A stretch of DNA of 64,000 bases from Octopus sinensis (lineage: Eukaryota), in the NCBI RefSeq assembly GCF_006345805.1, contig NC_043009.1:29698001-29762000 (forward strand), in the 5' to 3' direction. Every line of letters starts with the position of its first letter. Position 1 is the first letter of the stretch. The position numbers were made by a program, and so were the translations under genes. Under the pieces are notes generated by a model, which saw only the letters and a list, made by a program, of their open reading frames with translations, did not search any database and was not told the DNA's origin. Positions 13,162 through 25,639 of this stretch are shown here, piece by piece.

Positions 13162-16100
13162 TATACATGCCTCTATGCACAGTACACTCAGAAATATAGT
13201 TTCATAAGCACTCATTTACATGTTTTATTTGCCTATACATCTGTATGTGCTTTGTACAAGATATTTGTGTGTGCATGTGTGTGTGTGTGTGTGTGCGTGT
13301 GTGTGTGTGTGTGAATGTGTGTGAGTGTGTTTTTGTGTGTGATTGTGTGTGTTTCTACATGCCTGTTTGAATATTGTGCAGTTTATTTCAAATTTAGATG
13401 TTGAAAGATCTTCCAACCGGAAAGGCATAATATAGTTTTGAAGTGTTTTACAAGTAGAATACTTTCATTGGTGCCATTTATAAAATGTTATTTAGTGTTA
13501 TTTCACCTGAAGATATAAAAGATACAAGCAATAGATATTTACACAATGCCATTTCAATCAGATCAATCTGTCGAAAATAGATTTGGTAAATGGTCTGGAA
13601 ACAATGAATGGATCCATATAACTGTGGATATGTGAGTGCTTGTGTGCGTCTGCGTTCAAATATTCACTAATGTAATGCTTAGTATCCTCTAGTTTGACAT
13701 AGTTTTCATGCTTTTTTTCTTTCTTCTTTCATTGATGGCTTCTTTGCTTTTGATATTTAATTCACAAATTAACTTGTTCTATGTATATAACTGTAATTAC
13801 AATGAGATCATGGACGCAAGCTGATATGAAATGTGTAACTCTTTAGACATAACATACATATTAGTTTGCCTTCAGTCGGTTTTCGTCCTAAAATTATACG
13901 CCACTGCAATTCACATTTTATTGATATTTTATATATGTATTTTAATCTGGTGTATTTACTTACACTACACGTTAGGATGCAGTATGTATGCGACACTGTT
14001 TCAATTCGTGATTGAATAAACTCATTCTCTTCCATGCATTCTAGCTTCAATTTCTGCTTGTACCAAATAATAATTATACTTCTGAAAGCAATCACATGAT
14101 ATGATTTGAACCTTCTCCAACAAAGTCATCTACTACATTGTGAACAGTTGATGACAACTCTGATGTTGGGTACCATACGCATGGGGATGAAACAGTGTTT
14201 TATAATCTAAATTCCTCGAAATAATGAATTATCGCATTCCTTATCGAGAGATGAGACTGGTGTGGCGTCATCACTAATGAACTTACTCTGGGAGCGATGA
14301 ATTCTTTAAGACGTTTTGAAATATGTGAATTCGGCATGATAACGAACTTCATAGATTGACCCTTGAATCAGAATCTGAAACAAAAAAATATATGCAAAAT
14401 TGAAACTAATCAAATGCTTTCTAGATGCTAAACACTTATGCGAATGCATTCAAGATTTTGCTAACCACTCACACTCTACACACCATTTATATTTGAACAT
14501 ATTGTGATTATTTCTAATGTTAAAAATCATTGTAAACACTCAGAGTACCGATTTATTACGTAAGCATTTAGTCGGTTTTGTAATTAAAATATCACAGTTA
14601 GCTTTTATTTTATGGATATTTAAATGACAACTTCGTTGTTACAATACCAGTAAGCAATGGAGTATGTTGCTTGCCCACTAAAGTAAACTAAAAAATAACA
14701 CGTGCTAAATGTTGTCTCCCTTTGTGGCTCAGTTAAATGACATAGTCAGTTAGGCACTAAGCACTGTGAAGAATTTTGATGTTAAGATTACTCGAATCGA
14801 TCACTTATAAACTACATTGGAATTAAATTTGACCTTAATATTGATGGATTATTTCTTTACTATAGTTATGTCGTAATATAAATAAATCACAGTTTAATAA
14901 CGCAGAAGCTCAATAATCAAAACTAGCAATGTATGTAAAATTTGCACCATATGTTTATGTAAATTAATTTTCAAAATAGAGTTTCGTTTCAGTCACAGAA
15001 AAAAATATTAGAACACATCTTTTCAAGGCTTCCTTGAGGAGAAATCTTACGAAATTCGGAAAACCAAACAGAATGCTTGCTAGAGAATTGCGTTCACTGA
15101 AGGCATCATTGATTATAAGATGTGAAACTTTAAATCTTTGGTGAAGGAATTCCTGACTTAACGTTCCAAAGAAAATGTATTATAGTATCAGGACTGAGAC
15201 TGTGACAATTCTGCTCATCCTTGAAATGAAATTTCGTTTCATCGAGTTTGGAATATTTGTTGGAAGGTTGGCCTCGGTGACATCTAAAATCGGAACATAA
15301 AGAAACAGAAGAACTATTGTGTAATGAATCTTCTAACACGCAACGTTTCTTTGATTAGATTTGTCTCTATAATTAGAATATCTGACTCAATAAAACAGTA
15401 TTAGCGTAGTATAATACACCATTGGCTTGGAACAGGAAAACTGCTGAGTGAATTTTGGTATATAAGTACATTATTATACTTTAGGTCTTCAGATAAAACT
15501 GTTGTCTATTTTAAATATTCAAAGGTCAAGAGAATAACTGAGAAAGAAATGAGTACTATGGGTCCAACATATACGTGTTTACTGTTTTACCAGTTTGATT
15601 ATATAATGAATAACCTAATAAAGTGTTCATTTATTTCCCAGACCTATAAAATGATCTACGGTGCCTCAAATAACCCTGATAGTTTCTGCTTAATTACATA
15701 ATATTATAATATTTGGCTTTGAAATCAACCTATATAAAAACTTTTGAATTATACCATATCATGATTGATGGTATTCACCAACACTCCAGTTGTATGAACA
15801 TCATATAGGTTGTGCATCTAAATGAACATTGCTCTCAAAATTCACAAGTAATATCTTTATTGTGGGGCCAGCCTTAAGAACTGTATATGATTGATAAATA
15901 GATAAACCCCCGTTTTGGCAAAATAGATGAAAACGTACACAATAGAAAGTTGATTTTATTTTAGTACGAATTTCAAACTGCAAATGTTACGTTTAAAATT
16001 TCACTCTCACGTTTTTCGTGTAACTACTTTCTGAACACCAGTAAATCTAACCTTCAGATTAAATAAATAAATGTACTTGTATGTCTAGATTCCTAATCAA

Positions 16101-16402
16101 CTTTTGTGCAACTGTTACCTAAATAAGAGAACTATTGAAGTAGTTGGAAATTGTGGAGTTTCAACTAAAATTACAAATAAAAAGCAAAAGATCAAATTTG
16201 ATACTTTTACATCATACTATATTGGTCATAATTATTTCGATGTAAAACAGAGGCTAGCAATCGAATTTGTCTCAAACGCAGAAACAATAATGAAATAAAA
16301 TATTTCATATATTTGTTAGTCCGACAATGAAGCTAAAGAAAGAGGAAAAATTCCATGTCGGTAGGAAGCAGTCAAATAAGAAAACTACGTAAAAGACAAT
16401 TT

Positions 16403-17118
16403 GATCCTTTCTACTAAAGGCACAAGGCCTGAAATTCGGGGGAGGGGTCTAGTCGATTACATCGACACCAGTGTGTAACTGGTACTTATTTAATCGACCC
16501 CCGAAAGGATGAAAGGCAAAGTTGACGTCGGCGGAAATTGAACTCAGAACGTAGCAACAGGCGAAATACTGCTAAGACTTTCGCCTAGCGTGCTAACGAA
16601 TCTTATTTCTTTACTGCCAAAAAAAAAAGGGCTAGACACAGAGAGAACATAACGGCTGACGAAATACCGCTAAGCATTTCGCCCGGCGTGCTATCATTTC
16701 TTATTTCTTTACTACCCACAAGGGGCTAAACACAGAGACGACAAACAAGGACAGACAAACGGATTAAGTCGATTATATCGACTCCAGTGCATAACTGGTA
16801 CTTATTTAATCGACCCCGAACGGATGAAAGGCAAAGTCGACCTCGGCGGAATTTGAACTCAGAATGTAACGGCAGACGAATACCTATTTCTTTACTACCC
16901 ACAAGGGGCTAAACACAGAGAGAACAAACAAGGACAGACAAACGGATTGAGTCGATTATATCGACCCCAGTGCATGACTGGTGCTTATTTAATCGACCCC
17001 GAAAGGATGAAAGGCAAAGTCGACCTCGGCGGAATTTGATCTCAGAACGTAGCGGCAGACGAAATACTGCTAAGCATTTCGCCCAGCGTGCTAACGTTTC
17101 TGCCAGCTCGCCGCCTTA
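16403..17118 (-). mobile_element. Four-unit head-to-tail concatemer of family A SINE, flanked by one 14-bp TSD
   Basis: Units at about 16410-16601, 16602-16700 (internally deleted), 16701-16883 and 16884-17115. TSD gtaaaagacaattt at 16389-16402 and 17119-17132. Confidence 0.9.
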
Positions 17119-17164
17119 GTAAAAGACAATTTAATATTATGACTTCACGTAATAGTAGTTAAAA

Positions 17165-17365
17165 ATTCTGGCACAAGGCCAGCAATTTTGGCGGATGGCT
17201 GTAAGTCGATTACATCGACCCCAATGCTCAACAGGTATTTATTTCATTGACCCTGAAAGAATGAATGTCAAAGTCGACCACGGTAGAATTTGAACTCAGA
17301 ACGTAAAGTCGGGCGAAATTCCGCTATTGGCCGGCATGCTAACGGCTCTACCAGCTCGCCGCATA
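17165..17365 (-). mobile_element. SINE, family A (older copy)
   Basis: gcacaaggcc...gtcgattacatcgacccc...tttgaactcagaacgt...ccagctcgccgc. Confidence 0.85.
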
Positions 17366-17616
17366 CGTAATACGAAAATAAATATATATACATTGGTCAA
17401 AATTACCTAACTGGAATTTATTTAATATTATCAAGAATAATGAGTGAAAAAAAACCGATGCTAAAAACGAATAACAAATTATCATCACCATCGTCATCAT
17501 CATCATCATCATCTTCATCATTGTCACCCTTCTCCAACAAAATTTTCTTATTACTAATATTGTTAATGTTATGTGAAACGATTATTGCCGATGCTGTAAA
17601 TGTTATTCCTATTTAC

Positions 17617-17649
<33 letters not shown>

Positions 17650-17662
17650 CATTATTATTATT

Positions 17663-17756
<94 letters not shown>

Positions 17757-17758
17757 CA

Positions 17759-17789
17759 TTGAGTGAGAGAGCAGTGCATGCCATCAAAG

Positions 17790-17790
<1 letters not shown>
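17759..17790 (-). mobile_element. 32-bp 3'-terminal stub of a retro-element embedded in (TAA)n
   Basis: Reverse complement actttgatggcatgcactgctctctcactcaa matches about 60788-60819 with 3 mismatches; (TAT)n on both sides. Confidence 0.7.
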
Positions 17791-17828
<38 letters not shown>

Positions 17829-18073
17829 TGTAATTAGCAGTATACATTTTCATTAAATAATTGACAAAAAGCGAGGAAAAGTTTCATGCACCTTGGGGGT
17901 GGGCGAAATTTAGTGTGCAATTTCGTTTTGATTCCTTTGTATCATTTTCTTTCTCATCCACCCGTTTATTGTATATGTACACCGCAACATGTTTATAATC
18001 ATTGTATTTTATCGTATTTGTACGGGGACTTCCCTCGGGTCAATAAAGAAACGATTATTATTAACACCGCTCC

Positions 18074-18134
<61 letters not shown>

Positions 18135-18381
18135 CGTCATCATCATCATAAGCTAATAAGTAATCTAACCCTAACCTACGACGCAAAAACGTTTTTTTAT
18201 TTTAGAGGTTGTGTTTTTTTCTGTAATTTCTGTGTTGAACTTAGAAGTTGTTGATATTACATAAATTTACTCAGAACCTTTGTTCGAGTTCACATCATAG
18301 AACTGTTTTTCCTTTAACATGTATTTTGGTTCTTCGTCCCCCACTCTTTTCAATTCAGTTATATGATTGCATGATTGCAAT

Positions 18382-18422
<41 letters not shown>

Positions 18423-19081
18423 GAGCAATGAGAATAAATTCACAAGAAAAGAAAATAATTTTTGCATCGTAGAAATGAATTCCATAGCAAAAACTAGTCA
18501 AACATATTTGATGGTTGAAAGCATTTCAAAGTTTTTTTTCCCCTCCTAACATTTCTGGATACTATTTACATATTTATTTATTATTCATGTTTTAAACATT
18601 GTATTAGCTTCCTTGTATTTATACACTATATATATTTTTTAGTTTTCCTGTTTTATAATGTGTTGCTGGTGTTTTCTTCTGTTTTAATTTGTATGTATTT
18701 CTCTACTTTCCTGACGTCTTTTGAATAATTCACTAATGATTCTGATGCAGGCGGGGAGAAAAATAATACTGATAATAATCTTAATGTTCCTAAGTATGAT
18801 GATGGCGGTGATGGTGATGATGATGATGGTAGTGGTGTCGTGGTGTTGTGGTGGTTGTGGTAATATTTTCTTGTTTGCCACAAGGTTAACGAAAATAGAA
18901 TATTACAATACAGTATGGGACAATACAAACAAAGTAGACAACGAAATGAGGTTCGAGGACCAGTAAGTACACACATACACACATATGTATATATATACAT
19001 ATGTATACGTATATGTATACATGTATGTTTGTGTGTATGCGTGTATATATATATACATATATGCATATGTATATATATATA

Positions 19082-19129
<48 letters not shown>

Positions 19130-19197
19130 GAATATACAAATTAAATTCAGACACATAGAACAACCAACAACTCTGTCACAGATGTGTACATATATAC

Positions 19198-19230
<33 letters not shown>

Positions 19231-19324
19231 TGTATGTATGTATATATCTCTCTCTCTCTCGGCATATATATATATAACATCAAGGACAAGTGTAGCAACA
19301 ACATCATTAATATTAATACTAATA

Positions 19325-19373
<49 letters not shown>

Positions 19374-19493
19374 TAATAATAACAATATTAACGAAAACAA
19401 CAATAATAGCATTAATGATGGTGACGTGTAGGATAATGATACTGTTGGTAATGATATCTGACATTTTTGTTATATTGATTGCAGATAATAATG

Positions 19494-19571
<78 letters not shown>

Positions 19572-19598
19572 TCCGTGTGGCTTGTTGTTTTCTTTAAG

Positions 19599-19673
19599 GA
19601 ACAAGAGTTACATGAGGAAATCTTGAATTTAGCTTGTACCACATCAACTGACATAACATTGCTTACAGCTGAT
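19599..19673 (+). other. Candidate coding exon (EQELHEEILNLACTTSTDITLLTAD)
   Basis: Unique island between (AAT)n and (TA)n; strong acceptor ttgttgttttctttaag|, open frame, donor |gtaaaa; phase 0-0. Confidence 0.3.
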
Positions 19674-19707
19674 GTAAAAGCTTACACTTCAATTAGGATG
19701 CAATATA

Positions 19708-19772
<65 letters not shown>

Positions 19773-20481
19773 ATATATATGTGCGTATATATACATACAT
19801 ATATACTAATATACGTATATGTATATACATATATATATATACATATATGTATATATGCACATACGTATATGAATACATATATACACATATGTATATATAC
19901 TCATACGTACATGAATACATATATGCACATATCTGCATGCATATATGTATGTATACACGTATGTATGTATTGGTTCCATTTTGCCTACCGGTGCTGTTTA
20001 TGGAGAAGGGAGGAGAGTTGATAGTTGAATGGAAAAAAAAAATACTCGATTCTGTGTTGACAACAGAACACAGTAATTTCGGTATTGATATGCAATTATA
20101 ACTTCGTGTTTTGCTTTGATTTTTCTTTAGCCGTTCTATATATTTGTAAAATACTCGTAGTTCAAATAATTTACTTTTTTCTTACATTTTTTCCTTACAT
20201 CTTATTTGTATTATATTTCGTGTTTGTATTAGTTATGTGTTTTCCTTTTGGGGAATATGATTTGAATCATGACGTCGAAAATACAGTACACTCTAGAGTA
20301 GATGTTTTTGAAAATTTCTGTTTAATACACCCTTCTTTTTTTTTCACAGAAAAACATGACATTTTATTTCAAAAGAAAAGGAAATTAAAAGATATTATGT
20401 TAATGTCTTCCCAAGGGTACTAATGGTGTATGTGTAGTAACGTAGTTCATTTGAGAAGACAAACCACATAATGGATTGGAT

Positions 20482-20516
<35 letters not shown>

Positions 20517-20963
20517 AGGAAGATCTATTACGCTGTCCTCGCCAAAACACCAATGCAATATTGTAGGACAGATTGAAGAAAGAGAAGTGTGACAGACAAC
20601 GCAATATGTCTGTGCGTTTCAAACCAAGGAACTTACCTACAACTTAAATATCTTAAGATAGAGATACAAAAATTCCATCAAGAGATCTATTTTATGTCTT
20701 CGAATTTACCCAGGTTCATTGTATTTCTCCGCAATTAATATTTTCTTGAATATGAGACAGCTAATTATATTTTCCTATATGATCGCTTATTGTCCATTTA
20801 TTCAATAATCAATGGCTAAACAACCAGTTTCTTTCATGACTAATTATTTTCTTGAATTTTGATTACGTTTTTCAACATAAATTTGCACTTTCAATAAATT
20901 GTACATTTAGCGTTTCTCTTCACTTTCCACACATAAAGAATATTTTACCCCTTAGTCTAGCAG

Positions 20964-21015
20964 TATCTCTTTCCACCTGCTACCGGTAATAAATATATCA
21001 TCCGCTTAACTCATG
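20964..21015 (+). other. Candidate coding exon (YLFPPATGNKYIIRLTH)
   Basis: Acceptor ...tctagcag|, donor G|gtatgt; phase 0-1, compatible with both neighbours. Confidence 0.25.
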
Positions 21016-21209
21016 GTATGTCTCGCCAGTTCTGTATATAAGGGATATAAGACATACATTTCTCATATCGTTTCTCTCCTGTACGCTATAAAGTGCCAGC
21101 AACGCTGTGTGTCACATAGTACTACAACATCATATTCCTTTGCTACTGATACTACAAGTCAGTATTGATTATGTAGTCTATGGCATAAAGTTATGTGAAC
21201 GGTGAGGTG

Positions 21210-21400
21210 GCAGACTCGATGGGATGTCGAATAAAATGATTAGAGGCATTTCCTGCGGCTTTACACCCTAAGTTCAAATTCCAAAGGAGTCGTCTAAGCC
21301 TTGAATCCTTTGTGGTGGATAAAATAAACACCAGTCATGCTCCAAGATCGATGTAATCGATTAACCATCTACCATCAAATTTCACGCCTGGTATCTATTC
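21210..21400 (+). mobile_element. Degenerate SINE, family A
   Basis: ggtgaggtggcagactcg...aagttcaaattcc...gataaaataaacaccag...gatcgatgtaatcgat. Confidence 0.6.
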
Positions 21401-21496
21401 TAGAAAATAAAAGTAGATAGCTTGATTTACGTGATATTTTTCCATTTTTGATGTCCTAAACTTTACGATACCAAATGCGTGTCGCTTATTTTACAG

Positions 21497-21590
21497 ATGG
21501 GAGAGAATTTGATGAATGTCATTTATATAGTTTTTTCAGCAATCTGAGTGGCTATCAGCTAAAATATTTGGCCCACGATTACTACAAACA
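21497..21590 (+). other. Candidate coding exon (DGREFDECHLYSFFSNLSGYQLKYLAHDYYK)
   Basis: Acceptor cttattttacag|, donor |gtaagt, open frame, 94 nt phase 1-2. Confidence 0.35.
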
Positions 21591-21727
21591 GTAAGTAACC
21601 TTAAACATAACTTTGTAATAATAATCGTTTGACAAGTAACAACCGGAAACGGTAAATATTTCATATATTTGCCTCTTCTTTGATGAGTATTTTATTACTT
21701 AGGAATATTTAGATCAAATTATTTCAG

Positions 21728-21832
21728 AATAGCAGAGCAAACCATAAACATCCAATGTTCAGATAAAGTAACTACCAACTACGATACAGCTGTCAACATC
21801 GGTTCCTGCGTGGTGAAGTCATCATTGAATTG
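21728..21832 (+). other. Candidate coding exon (IAEQTINIQCSDKVTTNYDTAVNIGSCVVKSSLN)
   Basis: Acceptor attatttcag|, donor TG|gtagga, 105 nt phase 2-2, 137-nt intron from the previous exon. A competing minus-strand reading overlaps it. Confidence 0.3.
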
Positions 21833-22488
21833 GTAGGATGACAGACTCAGTCCCGAGGAAATGACACTGAGCGGAGGTGTTGTATCTGTATCCCTGCTTC
21901 TCAACTTCCTCATCATCTTCTTGGTTTTTTTCTCTTCATTTTGTTTTGTTTCCTTCTCTCTCTTCTTATTTGTCTTTTTGTTCTTGTCTAAAATCTCTTT
22001 GTGGAAGGATTAATGAGACTTCGATGCGAAGAATCCTTTCTTACAGCAAAGGGGAAGACAATTGTGATACACAATTAGAAAGAAAAAGAGAGAGAGTAGG
22101 GGGGAGGGAGAGAGAGAAAGAAAGAGAGAGAAAGAGAGAGAGAGAGAGAAAGTGCAATAAAAATAGAATGAAAATCAACAGCAGTACTAGAGTTGTAATA
22201 AATACATCAATATCCAGCTGATGAAGAGCAAAGCTTTCCGTAGCGAGATATAAACACATAGCGTACAAAGCTAAGACGAATGGAACAAAGCAACCTGTCC
22301 AACACTCTGACATTGGGTTTCTGTGATAGCTGCATGTGTGTGTATCATTGTATATTTGTTTATATATATATGCTTGTGCGGGTATGTATACCTATATGTA
22401 TGTAAATATACATACATATATATATATATGTATGTATATATATATACATATATATGTATATATGTATGTATATATATGTATATATATA

Positions 22489-22542
<54 letters not shown>

Positions 22543-23517
22543 GTATATATATATACATATAGATATATATACACACATATATTGTATTTGTAATGAAACC
22601 CAACCTACGTGTCTGCCTCATTTGAGCTCAGCTCCATAAGGTCTCTAAGTACTAATCAATTATAACTTCAACACGTAACTTGTCGTTCTTTATTTCTAAT
22701 CGCCGTTGAAAACATCAGTAATAATTAATATTGTGACTTCCAGTTAATTTCTCGATAATATTCTAAAAGATAAATCTCATTATATTCTTTCAAAATTTAA
22801 TGAACACGTAGCCAGGCTATTGTAATCACAGTATTTGTTTTAGCAAATTTCCCAATTAAAAATTCACCTAGCTAAATTCTATTGACACAAAATTATATAT
22901 CATATTAGAAAATATATCGTATATAAAAATTAAAGGAAGCGAAAATTTTCTCTAAGATATTAAATATGAAATTATAGAAGCCTTTCAGATGTAAACAAAA
23001 TAAAGTATAATAAATCATAAAACAAACAGTTAAAACCACGTAAGATAAAATGTTCTAAGTGAGATAATTTTCCTGATATATTATTTTCACAAGTATCCTT
23101 TTAGATAACTATAATTTATTTCTCGAAATGCAGCCTTAGAACTGATATTAAATCTTTCCAGGTGATGAATGAACGTTAGCTATTCGTTCGGATTTGTTTG
23201 TTTCTTTCCCTATGAATGGATTTCTGTGTATGAATTTAGAGATATTTTCATTGTTATAAAGAATAAGGGAATATATTTGAATAAGTTTCGTGAAAATCCT
23301 TTTCCCCATTCTTGCATCGATGTCATTTTACAGAAGAAAAAGAATGAAATGAATTCTCTTAATAATGATTCTAGTTTTCCTTTAAATTTTCAGAAGTAAT
23401 TTCAGGAGAGTAAATACAAATTTTTTCGTATGTAGCAAAGAACACGGAAAAATACGTGAAGTTTTTTCATGATTCTATTATAAATATTTCTATCATATAT
23501 GGCCAAAATATCCTTAC

Positions 23518-23601
23518 GATCCCACTTCCCTAAAAGCATAACAGAAAATGCACGACCGAGTGGGAGAGAGAAACAGAGTGGGTCGTTTTCTTGTATATGA
23601 T
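23518..23601 (-). other. Candidate symmetric exon (84 nt; DHIQENDPLCFSLPLGRAFSVMLLGKWD, or a second open frame)
   Basis: Acceptor ttaccttcgtcgacag|, donor |gtaagg; two of three frames open. Confidence 0.22.
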
Positions 23602-23834
23602 CTGTCGACGAAGGTAACGTCAATATAAAATAGTCAATTTTCAGCGAATTATTTTCGGTATAAATGCTAAGCCTGCTGCAAATTATCCTTCACATTACAA
23701 CATGCAAGAAGGCGAATCTTATATTCAGGAATGGTATAAAGATATTGCGATATGGTCGCAATTTCTATAGGCCTTTCAAGCAGAACTTAACAAGGCTTAA
23801 ACTACTACATTCAAGTTTAATCAGAGGCCACAAA

Positions 23835-24065
23835 GCTCAGACTCCAGGGTTCAATTTCGTGAAATTAACGTGCAAGTGGCCGAGTATTCCACAGGTACGC
23901 GCACCCTTAAAGTGGTTCTGAATGATATTCAGCGTGACACAGGATGCTCAAGGCTGACCTTTTCGACTACAAGTAGAAGACATTTTTGATAGCTGAGTGA
24001 ACTGCAGCAAAGTGAAATAAAGTGTCTTGTTTAAGAAGCAACAAACGCCCTGGCGAACACAGTTT
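23835..24065 (-). mobile_element. SINE, family B
   Basis: gaaattaacgtgcaagtggccgagtattccacag...attcagcgtgacac is the reverse complement of the tail at about 31605-31690; also carries the reverse complement of the ttgagcaag...tttcacgttgctccag core. Confidence 0.75.
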
Positions 24066-24171
24066 GCTGAAAATAGGAACTAATTCTCCATTCTTTTTAA
24101 ATTAGGGAGGTCTATATTGGGCAATACATTTTTACATATGACAAAAAATGTGCTGATGTATATGTTACAAA

Positions 24172-24570
24172 AGTGGCTTTGTGGTAAGAAGCGCGCATCC
24201 CAGCCACATGGTTTCAGGTTCAGTCCCACTGCGTGGCACCTTGGAAAATTGTCTTCTACTATAGCCTCGGGCCGATAATTCCTTGTGAGTGGATTTGGTA
24301 AGCGGAAAGTGAAAGAAGCCCGTATATGTATATATATATATATATATATAGGTATATGTTTGTGCGTCTGTGTTTGTTCCCCCAACGTCTTTTGACAACC
24401 GATGTTGGTGTGCTTACATTCCCGTAACTTAGCGGTTCGGCAAAAGAGACCGATGGAATAAGTACTAGGCTTACAAAAAATAAGTCATGGGATCGATTTG
24501 TTCGACTAAAGGCGGTGCTCCAGCATGGCTGCAGTCAAATGACTAAAACAAGTAAAAGAATATAAGAATT
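24172..24570 (+). mobile_element. tRNA-derived SINE, family C, with internal (TA)n
   Basis: gtggctttgtggtaag (A box), ggttcagtcccactgcgtggcacc (B box), gtaacttagcggttcggcaaaagagaccgat, and tail gcagtcaaatgactaaaacaagtaaaaga. Confidence 0.9.
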
Positions 24571-24639
24571 ATATAACATTTGCAATAATGGAAGGAAGTG
24601 TGTCTCTTTCTAATTAATTAAACTTCCTTCTATTGGCCG

Positions 24640-25575
24640 AAGCCATAAGTTTGAGGAGGAGTAAGTCAAGACAAGGACACAAAAACCGAAACGAAGTTAA
24701 AAGCAAACTAAAGAACATAAATTATCTCACCAGTAGGAGAAGGCGGTGCATGGTAGGTTCCCAAAGATAGTTGCAGCAAATAGTTGTAGTGAGACATGAT
24801 TATTATCATGATTGCAGAAAGGGAAACTAAAAAGGGAGACAGAAAGATTGTTAGAAGTAGCAAAAGATCATGCATTAATGGCTAATTGGATAAAAGCCAA
24901 GATAGACAAAAACCACGTAGATTCCCAATGTAGATTATGCTAATCCAAAGAGGAAAGCGTTACTCATATAGTAAGTGAATGTAGCATGCTGGCACATAAA
25001 GAATACAAGAAAAGACATGACAATCTAGGGAGAGTAATCCACTAGTAGCTTTCTAGAATGCTATGATTTGAATATACTGATAAATGGTATGAACATGAGC
25101 CTAGTAAAGTACCAGAGAGTAAGAAATGTAAGATGTTGTGGGACTTTAACATTCAGACTGACATATTAATAGAAGCTAGAAGGACTGATTTAATAGTAGT
25201 AGATAAAGAGAATAGAAAGCGCAAGATAATTGATTTTACAGTCCAAAATGATGAAAAAATTAATATGAGAAGTATAGAAAAAATAGCATAAATACCAGGA
25301 CCTAGCTATTGAATTTACAGAGACTATGGAAAGTGCGGGTAAAATGTATCCCAGGTTCGTTAGGAACTATCCCTATAGATCTGAACAGATGGATAGAGGA
25401 AATAGGCATAAAACCCAGTTCAGTACAGCTCCAGAAAACATTGCTATTACGGAGAGCTAAGATACTTAGGACGCTTCTTGGCATCCAAGGTTAATTGTTG
25501 TTGCCCGATATTAAAATTGATTCTTTTTCCCAAAGTCTAATCTGTTGAGTGTATATGAAAATAATAATAATAATG
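24640..25575 (+). mobile_element. R4/Dong-clade non-LTR retrotransposon 3' end (Zn knuckle plus REL endonuclease), copy 1, decayed
   Basis: Translates with stops as EKAVHGRFP...KLKRETE...CRLC.SKEESVTHIVSECSMLAHKEYKKRHDNLGRVIH...WYEHEP...LWDFNIQTD...ARRTDLIVVDK...KYQDLAIE...LQKTLLLRRAKILRTLLGIQG*, then a 3' UTR and (TAA)n. Confidence 0.9.
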
Positions 25576-25595
25576 ATCATAACAACAACTACAAC

Positions 25596-25628
<33 letters not shown>

Positions 25629-25639
25629 AATAATAATAG

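Larger units (their letters stand above)
17490..19960. repeat. Microsatellite-dense block: (CAT)n, (TAT)n, (AAC)n, (AAT)n, (TA)n, (TATG)n
   Basis: Visible directly; explains the poly-I/Y/N/H ORFs in the track. Confidence 0.9.

Noticed and set aside
18023-18045. NF-kB-like site GGGGACTTCCC followed by AATAAA
   Set aside because: A single short motif in what looks like a repeat 3' end; no supporting context.
18168-18178. Interstitial telomeric repeat (ctaaccctaacc)
   Set aside because: Only about two units; expected by chance or as part of a TE.
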